Positions 54,946 through 61,659 of a DNA stretch of 61,659 nt are shown piece by piece. Source of the DNA: an uncultured Candidatus Saccharibacteria bacterium. GTDB lineage: Bacteria > Patescibacteriota > Minisyncoccia > Portnoybacterales > UBA2143. Numbering within the stretch: the stretch's first letter is position 1; each line of letters starts with the position of its first letter. Made by a program: the position numbers and the translations under genes. Under the pieces are notes generated by a model. That model was not told the origin of the DNA. It saw nothing but the letters and a program-made list of their open reading frames with translations, and did not search any database. The stretch is taken from positions 1 to 61,659 of the forward strand of contig CAZYQY010000002.1 in the NCBI GenBank assembly GCA_964649795.1. The letters are read 5' to 3'.

Positions 54946-55796
54946 AAATTCTTATAATAATTATATTCCTTATCCGACATCTCTCCTAAACTTTTAAGCG
55001 TATCTCCCGCAGCAACATCTTGCCATACTTGTTCATAATCAAATTGAGCATAGGGCAATTCACGATAAACTACTAAATCATAAGAAATAATTTCATTATC
55101 TTTAGTAGAATTCCATGGCGCATCTCCATGAACATATTCTTCAATTTGCCTAGCGCTCATATCTGACAAACGAGTAAGAACTTTATCAACTAATTCCTTT
55201 TCTTTTATTAAAAAACCATCCATTTTGTAATCCTTAAGAGCTATGTATCTTTTTTGAGTTCTTCCATAATAATCTTGATTAAAAATCTTTATTTCTTGAT
55301 TATTTCTCATATTTTGGACAACATGCTTATATTGTTTTATTTGCGGTATGGGCCCAAATTTCTGATGTATATAATTCATTCCTGTTATTGGTCTTCCCAA
55401 GGATTCATAAGCGTCAAAATCAATAAAATATAAGAGTTTATATAAAACTGTCTCTCCAAAATTCGGCTTACCGCCGCACTTTGATAAAATATACAAAATA
55501 AGTTCACGCAATTTCTCAGATTCAAATTTTATATCCTTGTTTGCATTTACTGCGCGTTTACTTTTAATAGAATCTTCAATTTCTACTTTTTTATTCTTAA
55601 GTAATTCATCAGCACTCAATTCAAATACTTTTGCCATCTTTACTAATTCTAAAGCGTCAATGCTGCGATTGCCTCTTTCAAGCTCTGATAATGCCGCGCG
55701 TGAAATGCCAATAAATTTTGCTAATTTTTCTTGACTAAATTCTCTTTCTTCGCGCAATTTTTTAATTTTTTGACCTAATTGTTTTTGTGTAAACAT
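54942..55796 (-). CDS. XRE-type HTH fused to a DUF4065 (Panacea/SocA-like) antitoxin domain
   Basis: The N-terminus LGQKIKKLREEREFSQEKLAKFIGISRAALSELERGNR is an XRE HTH. The C-terminal region KLRELILYILSK.GG...FGETVLYKLLYFIDFDAY...G.PITG..Y....FGPIP is DUF4065-like. Confidence 0.7.
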   Translation of the reverse strand: MFTQKQLGQKIKKLREEREFSQEKLAKFIGISRAALSELERGNRSIDALELVKMAKVFELSADELLKNKKVEIEDSIKSKRAVNANKDIKFESEKLRELILYILSKCGGKPNFGETVLYKLLYFIDFDAYESLGRPITGMNYIHQKFGPIPQIKQYKHVVQNMRNNQEIKIFNQDYYGRTQKRYIALKDYKMDGFLIKEKELVDKVLTRLSDMSARQIEEYVHGDAPWNSTKDNEIISYDLVVYRELPYAQFDYEQVWQDVAAGDTLKSLGEMSDKEYNYYKNL

Positions 55797-55830
55797 ATTT
55801 TTATTAATTTAAGTTATCCACACTACTTCT

Positions 55831-55860
55831 AGTATAACGTATTGATGGATTTACTGTCAA
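55831..55860 (-). promoter_or_regulatory. Candidate promoter of the antitoxin-toxin operon
   Basis: Minus strand reads TTGACA-18 nt-TATACT, about 35 nt upstream of the start codon. Confidence 0.4.
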
Positions 55861-55877
55861 TACCCCGCTGGATTTTC

Positions 55878-55906
55878 TTGACATTAAAGAACTATTTTAG
55901 TAAAAT
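55878..55906 (+). promoter_or_regulatory. Candidate promoter of the SNase-like gene
   Basis: TTGACA-17 nt-TAAAAT. It is followed by a leader of about 150 nt carrying two hairpins (aacaggg..ccctgtt and aatgtgt..acacatt). Confidence 0.45.
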
Positions 55907-56060
55907 GCAAGGATAAACCCAGAAATAAAACAGGGTCAACATAAAAGTCGAGCCCTGTTTGGAAATGTGTTAAGTCGATATCCTATACACATTAACCTTA
56001 CATTAACAGAATAGCATATTTTCAGTTTTTGGGAAATAAAAATTAACCGCTTTCAAATTT

Positions 56061-56330
56061 ATGCCAAAAGGTAAAGTAAAAGAAGTTGTTGACGGCGATA
56101 CTGTTAGATTGCCCTATAATAAATTCATTAGGCTATCTGGTGTTGACGCACCAGAAAAAAACCAAAAAGGAGGATCTGCTGCTACAAATGAACTTAAAAA
56201 ATTAGTTGAAGATAAAACTATCAGCTACACAGAAGATGCCCGATCGTATGGTCGTATAGTAGGGACAGTAAAGGTTGGAAGTAAAAACGTCAATAATGCA
56301 ATGAATAGTTTCATTAAAAAACAGAAATAA
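56061..56330 (+). CDS. Minimal staphylococcal-nuclease (SNase/thermonuclease)-like protein
   Basis: VVDGDTVRL, RLSGVDAPE and YGRIVG mirror the SNase Ca-binding and catalytic positions. The protein is only 89 aa. Confidence 0.6.
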   Translation: MPKGKVKEVVDGDTVRLPYNKFIRLSGVDAPEKNQKGGSAATNELKKLVEDKTISYTEDARSYGRIVGTVKVGSKNVNNAMNSFIKKQK

Positions 56331-56340
56331 AAAAGTTTTT

Positions 56341-56371
56341 AGCAGGAAGTAATTAGCTTCTTGCTTTTTTT
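56341..56371 (+). terminator. Rho-independent terminator of the SNase-like gene
   Basis: agcaggaag-taattag-cttcttgct stem (one G:U pair), followed by six T residues. Confidence 0.75.
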
Positions 56372-56407
56372 GCCCTTCCCAAATCTCCTCCAAATCTCAT
56401 AGCCAAA

Positions 56408-56440
56408 GAGGCGTCGTCCTTAAAATGACGTCCTTGCTTC
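56408..56440. repeat. Right 33-nt inverted repeat bracketing the TA/nuclease cassette; part of a 63-nt hairpin (56408-56470)
   Basis: gaggcgtcgtccttaaaatgacgtccttgcttc. The segment also folds back on tcattttaaggacaagcctc at 56451-56470. Confidence 0.7.
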
Positions 56441-56547
56441 GCAAGAAGCATCATTTTAAGGACAAGCCTCTTCGTAATTTGATTATACTACATTGACCAG
56501 GAAACTGAAATGAGATAAAATTAAAATAATTAGCTAAAAGAAACAAA

Positions 56548-59500
56548 ATGGATTTATCTAATAATAATGATACAGCTACTCCAAATAAAGAGAAAGAAAA
56601 AATTCTTGGCAAAAAGGAAAGTTCTCTTAAAAGTAAAGAAGATCTTGAAAAAAGATTAAGCAAAATAAAGCGTAATGAAGAAGAAGATAAGGCTAAGCAT
56701 TTGGGAGAAAAACTCAACCTCCCTTATGTTAATTTAGATTTAATACCAGTTGATTCTAATGATCTGAATATATTGGCAAAAGAAAAATCTGAAAAAGGAA
56801 ATATTTTAGTTATTAGAAAAATTGGGAAAAATCTTCAATTGGCTGTTAAAAATCCTGATGATTCTCAAACAAAAGAAATTATTAAAGAATTAGAAGATCA
56901 AGGATATAAATGTTCTTTAGTTATTGTTTCTTTAAGCGGTTTAAGAAAAAAAAGGCTTCGTTATGAATTAATTGCGACTAATCTTGTTTCTATAACAAGT
57001 GCTTTGGTTATCCAAGAAGAAGAACTAAAAGAATTTGAAAAATCATTACAGACAATCCAAGAACTGAAAAAGACAATTAATACTCTTTCAACGACTCGTC
57101 TCTTGAACATTATTATAGCTGGGGCTATTAAAATGGGGGCTTCTGATATTCATTTTGAACCAGGTAAGGAAAGTATTCGACTTCGCTATAGGATTGACGG
57201 GCTGCTTCAAGATATTACTGATTTTCCTGCTAATGCTTATAGATTTTCACTTTCCAGAATCAAAACTTTATCAGGCATGATTCTTAATGTTAATGAAATT
57301 TCCCAGGACGGCCGTTTTTCTGTTAAAATTATGAACAAAGGAAAATCTGTTAAAAACATTGACATAAGAGTTTCTATTTTGCCAAGCGGTTATGGAGAAA
57401 GCATTGTTATGCGTCTTTTAGGATTAGGGGCTATTGAATTAGATTTAATTGATTTAGGATTTGGACCGGAATTATTTGAAATAGTCAAAGGTCAGATTAC
57501 GCGACCAAACGGAATGGTTCTAACTACTGGACCAACTGGTTCAGGCAAAACCACTACTCTTTACGCATGTCTTAATAATGTTAATAAATCAAGCACTAAA
57601 ATCATTACTGTTGAAGATCCGATTGAGTATAGACTAAAAGGAATCACTCAAACTCAAATTAGCGAACGCAAAGGACAAACTTTTTTAAAAGCTCTTAAAA
57701 CTGTTGTTAGGCAAGACCCGGATATTTTAATGATTGGCGAAATTAGAGACGGAGAAAGCGCTAATATCGCCATTCAATCCGCTTTAACAGGGCACTTGGT
57801 ATTTTCCACTATTCATACTAATGACGCAGCTGGAGCTGTGCCTCGTTTAATAGAAATGGGAATTAAGCCATTTCTTATTCCAGCAGCCCTTAATTTGGTT
57901 ATTGCCCAGCGTTTAGTTAGACGGCTTTGTCCTTATTGCAAAGAATCTTACAAACCATCAGCTGAATTAATTAAAAGCACAAAAAAGATTTTCTCGCTGA
58001 TTTCGCCAAAATCAGGAATTGATATTCCTAAAAAACTATCTGTTTTTTATAAAGCTAAAGGATGTGAAAAATGCTATGGATTAGGATATCAAGGCAGAAT
58101 TGGCATTTTTGAATTGTTTACTGTTAATGATGCTATTGAAAAATTGATTCTTAAACAAGCCACCTCTTATGAGCTTAGAGCAAAAGCAATGGAAGAAGGC
58201 ATGCTTACATTAATGCAAGATGTAATGCTAAAAGTTGCTGAAGGGATAACAAGCATAGAGGAAGTTCAAAGAGTTATCGGCTCTCCTCAATATATTGAAC
58301 AGCTTTATGGCAGGGCAATTATGTCTATGCTTAGCCGGGCTCTGGTCATAGATGAGGAAATTTTCGAATGGTCTCAATCTATAACTCTAGGCGATAAAAA
58401 AATACAGGAAAAGATTAGTCAAGCCAGAATGGATGATTTAATAAAATGGATTATTGCTATTTCCTTAAAACTAAAAGCTACTGATATTCATTTTGAAGCA
58501 GAAGAAACAAGTCTCATAATAAGATTAAGAATAGACGGCTCTCTAGAAAAAGTAGCTGAAATTGCCAAAGAATTATTCCTGTCTACGGTAGCACAAATAA
58601 AAGAATTGGCTGGTATGGTAATTGACGTTCATAAAAAAGCCCAGGACGGAAGATTTAAAATAGAATGCCCTGATGAAAAAGTTTATGACACTAGAGTATC
58701 AGTTATCCCTAGTGGGTACGGAGAATCAATAATCATTCGCCTGCTTAGACCTGACATAGCTGTTCTTTCTTTAGAACAATTAGGAGTTCGTCCAGAATTA
58801 TTAAAAGATTTACAAAAAGTTATTAAATCGCCTAATGGAATTGTATTTGTAACTGGGCCGACTAGCGCTGGCAAAACAACTACTCTTTATTCTATCCTTA
58901 GCCAATTAAATAGGCCTGAGACAAAAATTTTCACAATTGAAGACCCTATTGAATATCGACTCTCCGGCATAATCCAAACTCAAATTGACAAAGAAGAAGG
59001 TTACACTTTTTTTGAAGCTTTAAGAGCCCTTCTTCGCCAAAACCCGAATATTATTATGCTTGGCGAAATTAGAGATTCAGAGACCGCGCAATCAGCTATT
59101 CAGGCCTCTCTTACCGGCCATTTAGTTTTAACCACCCTTCACACTAATAGCGCAGTTGAAGCTATACAGAGATTAACTAATCTTGATATCAAGATTGGAG
59201 ATATTAGTTCTTCAACTAAAGCTATTGTAGCCCAAAGATTAGTTAAAAAACTTTGTCCTTATTGCAGAAAGGAACAAAAAATTTCTCCTGAGACTTTGGA
59301 GAGAATAGAAAAAGAGCTAAAGCAAATGCCAGCTCTCTATCAAAAGCAAATTAAAGAAATAAAATTATATAAACCAGGTAAATGCGAGAAATGCAATCAA
59401 AGGGGATATAAAGGACAAATAGGTATCTTTGAAATATTAATCACTGACAAAGAGATAAAAAAGAGTATTCTTTCTTCAGCCAGTCCAGAACAGATAGAAG

Positions 59501-59613
59501 AACTGGCCAGAAGCAAAGGCATGCTCACGCTATATCAAGATGGTTTGCTTAAAGCAATTGAAGGAATAACTACTCTGGAAGAGATAGAAAGAGTAATAGG
59601 ACGAAGACCTTAA
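56548..59613 (+). CDS. pilB: Tandem-fused double PilB/GspE-type secretion/pilus assembly ATPase
   Basis: There are two complete modules. Module 1 has a T2SSE_N-like N-terminus, ASDIHFEP, GPTGSGKTTTLY, ITVEDPIEY, MIGEIRD, TGHLVFSTIHTND and CPYC..CEKC. Module 2 has ATDIHFEA, GPTSAGKTTTLY, FTIEDPIEY, MLGEIRD, TGHLVLTTLHTNS and CPYC..CEKC. Confidence 0.85.
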   Translation: MDLSNNNDTATPNKEKEKILGKKESSLKSKEDLEKRLSKIKRNEEEDKAKHLGEKLNLPYVNLDLIPVDSNDLNILAKEKSEKGNILVIRKIGKNLQLAVKNPDDSQTKEIIKELEDQGYKCSLVIVSLSGLRKKRLRYELIATNLVSITSALVIQEEELKEFEKSLQTIQELKKTINTLSTTRLLNIIIAGAIKMGASDIHFEPGKESIRLRYRIDGLLQDITDFPANAYRFSLSRIKTLSGMILNVNEISQDGRFSVKIMNKGKSVKNIDIRVSILPSGYGESIVMRLLGLGAIELDLIDLGFGPELFEIVKGQITRPNGMVLTTGPTGSGKTTTLYACLNNVNKSSTKIITVEDPIEYRLKGITQTQISERKGQTFLKALKTVVRQDPDILMIGEIRDGESANIAIQSALTGHLVFSTIHTNDAAGAVPRLIEMGIKPFLIPAALNLVIAQRLVRRLCPYCKESYKPSAELIKSTKKIFSLISPKSGIDIPKKLSVFYKAKGCEKCYGLGYQGRIGIFELFTVNDAIEKLILKQATSYELRAKAMEEGMLTLMQDVMLKVAEGITSIEEVQRVIGSPQYIEQLYGRAIMSMLSRALVIDEEIFEWSQSITLGDKKIQEKISQARMDDLIKWIIAISLKLKATDIHFEAEETSLIIRLRIDGSLEKVAEIAKELFLSTVAQIKELAGMVIDVHKKAQDGRFKIECPDEKVYDTRVSVIPSGYGESIIIRLLRPDIAVLSLEQLGVRPELLKDLQKVIKSPNGIVFVTGPTSAGKTTTLYSILSQLNRPETKIFTIEDPIEYRLSGIIQTQIDKEEGYTFFEALRALLRQNPNIIMLGEIRDSETAQSAIQASLTGHLVLTTLHTNSAVEAIQRLTNLDIKIGDISSSTKAIVAQRLVKKLCPYCRKEQKISPETLERIEKELKQMPALYQKQIKEIKLYKPGKCEKCNQRGYKGQIGIFEILITDKEIKKSILSSASPEQIEELARSKGMLTLYQDGLLKAIEGITTLEEIERVIGRRP

Positions 59614-59815
59614 CACACATTAATCTGTAGACAATGACTCCCTGCCTGAGAACAGAGAGAAAAGATTTTCCGAGGAATATTCCAGCCGGAGCCAAAATAC
59701 CCAAAAACTAAGATAAACCCCCATCGAACTAATTTTAAAAAAATTAAGTTCTTATTGCCTACAGATTAATAAATATTAAGATCATTTATTAAGATAATAA
59801 CAAGTTATTAAGAAA

Positions 59816-60829
59816 ATGTCAAGCATAATTACTGAACAAAAAAAATCTGAAGATAATTATTTAGATTCAACTCTTCGCCCTCATTCTTTTCAAGAATATG
59901 TGGGGCAGCAAAAAATTAAAGATAATCTTCAAATTTTAATACAAGCAGCCAAGAAAAGAAAGGAATCAATTGACCATATCTTATTATATGGCAGCGCTGG
60001 TCTCGGTAAAACGACTTTAGCCCATATTATTGCCAAAGAAATGGGAAATAGTATTAAAATAACTTCTGGCCCAGCTATTGAAAAAGTAGGTGATTTAGCT
60101 TCTATCCTGACCAATTTACAAAATGGCGATGTTCTTTTTATAGATGAATTCCATCGGCTTAACAGGACCATTGAAGAAACATTGTATCCAGCAATGGAAG
60201 ATTTTGTTTTGGATATTGTTATTGGCAAAGGCCCTTCAGCTCGGACTCTACAATTAGAACTGCCTCGTTTTACATTAATTGGCGCCACTACTCGCATTGG
60301 CATGCTTTCTTCTCCTTTGCGCAGCAGATTTGGGGCAACTTATCGTCTGGACTTCTATGACCAAGAAGATATAGAAAAAATTATTAATCGGTCAGCTCAA
60401 ATATTAAAGACAGATATTGAACCAATAGCTATTCAAACAATAGCTAAATGCTCGCGCTATACCCCCCGTGTAGCTAATCGTCTGTTAAAAAGAACTCGTG
60501 ACTATGCTCAAGTTAAAGCTGATGGTCTAATTAACCAAAAATTATCTCAAGAAGCATTAAAAATGCTTGAAATAGACGAGCTTGGGCTAGAATTGGCTGA
60601 CAGGCATATTTTGGAAACTATTATCCAAAAATTCAATGGCGGACCAGTAGGTTTGCAAACTCTGGCAGCAGCTACGAATGAAGAAACTGATACTATTCAA
60701 GAAATCTACGAGCCTTATTTGCTTCGTTTAGGTTTTTTGGCCCGCACGCCTAAAGGCCGCATGGCTGCTAAATTAGCCTATGACCATCTGGGTCTGAAAT
60801 ATGATACTGAAGAAAATAAACTATTTTGA
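59816..60829 (+). CDS. ruvB: Holliday junction branch migration helicase RuvB
   Basis: [32 protein letters not shown] and [15 protein letters not shown] motifs. Confidence 0.96.
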   Translation: MSSIITEQKKSEDNYLDSTLRPHSFQEYVGQQKIKDNLQILIQAAKKRKESIDHILLYGSAGLGKTTLAHIIAKEMGNSIKITSGPAIEKVGDLASILTNLQNGDVLFIDEFHRLNRTIEETLYPAMEDFVLDIVIGKGPSARTLQLELPRFTLIGATTRIGMLSSPLRSRFGATYRLDFYDQEDIEKIINRSAQILKTDIEPIAIQTIAKCSRYTPRVANRLLKRTRDYAQVKADGLINQKLSQEALKMLEIDELGLELADRHILETIIQKFNGGPVGLQTLAAATNEETDTIQEIYEPYLLRLGFLARTPKGRMAAKLAYDHLGLKYDTEENKLF

Positions 60830-60834
60830 TTGAA

Positions 60835-61092
60835 TTACTGATAAATTCGGTGGGTTCCGACTGAGTGAAGATAGACTATGTCTTTATCCGCAAATTCAAA
60901 AATAATTCGGTATTTATAGTCAATAGAAAAAGACCAGAAGCCCTTGAATTTTCCAGCAAGCTTATGAGTTTTTAACCTCTTGTCAAAAGGATTTTTAAGG
61001 AAAATTTTTTCATTGTCCTCAATCAAATCCTTAATCTTGTCCGGCAGTTTCTTGTATTTACGAACAAAACAAGGAGAGTATAAAACTTTCAT
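60835..61092 (-). CDS. relE: RelE/ParE-superfamily type II toxin
   Basis: 85 aa. F.K.YKKL......+....I..L..NPF...LKTHKL.G...G.WSFSI...YRIIF pattern. Confidence 0.75.
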   Translation of the reverse strand: MKVLYSPCFVRKYKKLPDKIKDLIEDNEKIFLKNPFDKRLKTHKLAGKFKGFWSFSIDYKYRIIFEFADKDIVYLHSVGTHRIYQ

Positions 61093-61118
61093 TAAATTAT
61101 CCGTTGTTTAATTTATAC

Positions 61119-61334
61119 TTATCTTAAATCTCTAAAAGAATGTAAAACTTTGCCTTTGCCAGCTTTAAACTCTCGGCGACTTTCTCCTATTTCGGCTAAA
61201 AGTTTATTTTCTTCGTACTCACGCAAAAGAGAACGGAAAAATTCGCTAACGCTTGCATACTTGCCTTTTTTTACCTCCTGCTTGATCATTTTAGCCATTT
61301 CAGCAGGCATTGAAATATTTATAATATTACGCAT
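61119..61334 (-). CDS. Ribbon-helix-helix (CopG/ParD-like) antitoxin
   Basis: The likely start is MRNIINISMPAEMAKMIKQEVKKGKYASVSEFFRSLLR (ATG at 61334). The ORF is open to 61391. It lies directly upstream of the toxin. Confidence 0.65.
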   Translation of the reverse strand: MRNIINISMPAEMAKMIKQEVKKGKYASVSEFFRSLLREYEENKLLAEIGESRREFKAGKGKVLHSFRDLR

Positions 61335-61403
61335 GTTTTTTGTTGTAATAATTTGTATTACAATTTTAGCAGAGCTAAAAACCATTGTCAAGTCTTAACA
61401 TTA

Positions 61404-61507
61404 GAGGCGCGTCCTTAAAATACATACCCTTGCCAACGATACTCTTTAAATAATAGTCAATCATCTAAACTCAGATGGAAAGGGTATGTATTTTAAGGAC
61501 GCGCCTC
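61404..61507. repeat. Long hairpin repeat (perfect 28-bp arms, 48-nt loop), same family as the 54548 and 56408 repeats
   Basis: gaggcgcgtccttaaaatacataccctt ... aagggtatgtattttaaggacgcgcctc. Shares the core gaggcgYgtccttaaaat with 56408-56426. Confidence 0.7.
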
Positions 61508-61521
61508 GGGATTCGAAAAAT

Positions 61522-61545
61522 CTCTCGCTTGCGGGAGTTTTTTTT
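61522..61545. terminator. Hairpin plus T8 terminator-like element
   Basis: ctctcg-cttg-cgggag stem-loop, followed by tttttttt on the plus strand. Confidence 0.5.
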
Positions 61546-61659
61546 ATTTTTTAAAAACCCCTAAAACTATGCACATGATGAGATACATAGGTAACACCCC
61601 TAAAATCAAGCAATATGACAAAAATGGTTGATAAAGAGGGTTTTACATATTATGATAGA

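Noticed and set aside
54481-56470. The hairpin repeats as integron attC sites, with the TA genes as integron cassettes.
   Set aside because: I could identify no RYYYAAC / GTTRRRY core sites at the element ends. There is no intI integrase or attI in the window. The elements occur on both sides of a multi-gene block rather than one per cassette.
1-61659. CRISPR arrays, rRNA genes, transposases and prophage genes.
   Set aside because: I saw no regularly spaced direct repeats, no rRNA-like conserved blocks and no transposase, integrase or capsid-like ORFs. The only mobile-looking items are the hairpin repeats and the partial LAGLIDADG-like ORF.

Overview
This is a 61.7-kb AT-rich, tightly packed bacterial chromosome segment. 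Its gene content and style fit a reduced-genome CPR/Patescibacteria-like organism using the standard genetic code.

Most of the window is ordinary housekeeping:
- Division and partition: ftsA, ftsZ, parAB.
- Six aminoacyl-tRNA synthetases: hisS, leuS, metG, glyQS, ileS, argS.
- DNA metabolism: topA, dprA, recO, ruvB, holA, a split comEC, and nrdJ with an adjacent corrinoid adenosyltransferase.
- Translation: infC-rpmI-rplT, rpmB, rpsU, pth, smpB plus tmRNA, tRNA-Arg(CCT), tRNA-Leu(CAA).

The parts worth a second look are:
1. A diversity-generating retroelement (DGR) at about 13.3-16.4 kb. It has a 125-nt TR/VR pair with 21 of 23 mismatches at TR adenines, an Avd-like gene placed head to head with an RT carrying the IGNLTSQ and YADD motifs, and a GC-rich target gene. 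The RT reading frame is broken at an A7 run.
2. A second GC-rich target paralog at 50.9-51.6 kb, followed by a fossil RT C-terminus. This looks like a decayed second DGR.
3. An IleRS carrying a complete histidine-phosphatase (RHG...SHG) domain as an internal insertion.
4. A 56-nt palindromic repeat that reads in frame inside argS.
5. A 1021-aa protein made of two complete PilB/GspE ATPase modules fused in tandem.
6. A MazF plus HTH-DUF4065 (Panacea-type) toxin-antitoxin pair and a mini SNase-like nuclease, bracketed by 33-bp inverted repeats. The same hairpin-repeat family sits next to a second (RelE/RHH) toxin-antitoxin module.
7. Several unexplained structured non-coding segments.

All calls come from reading the sequence and the ORF translations by eye. 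No database search was run.
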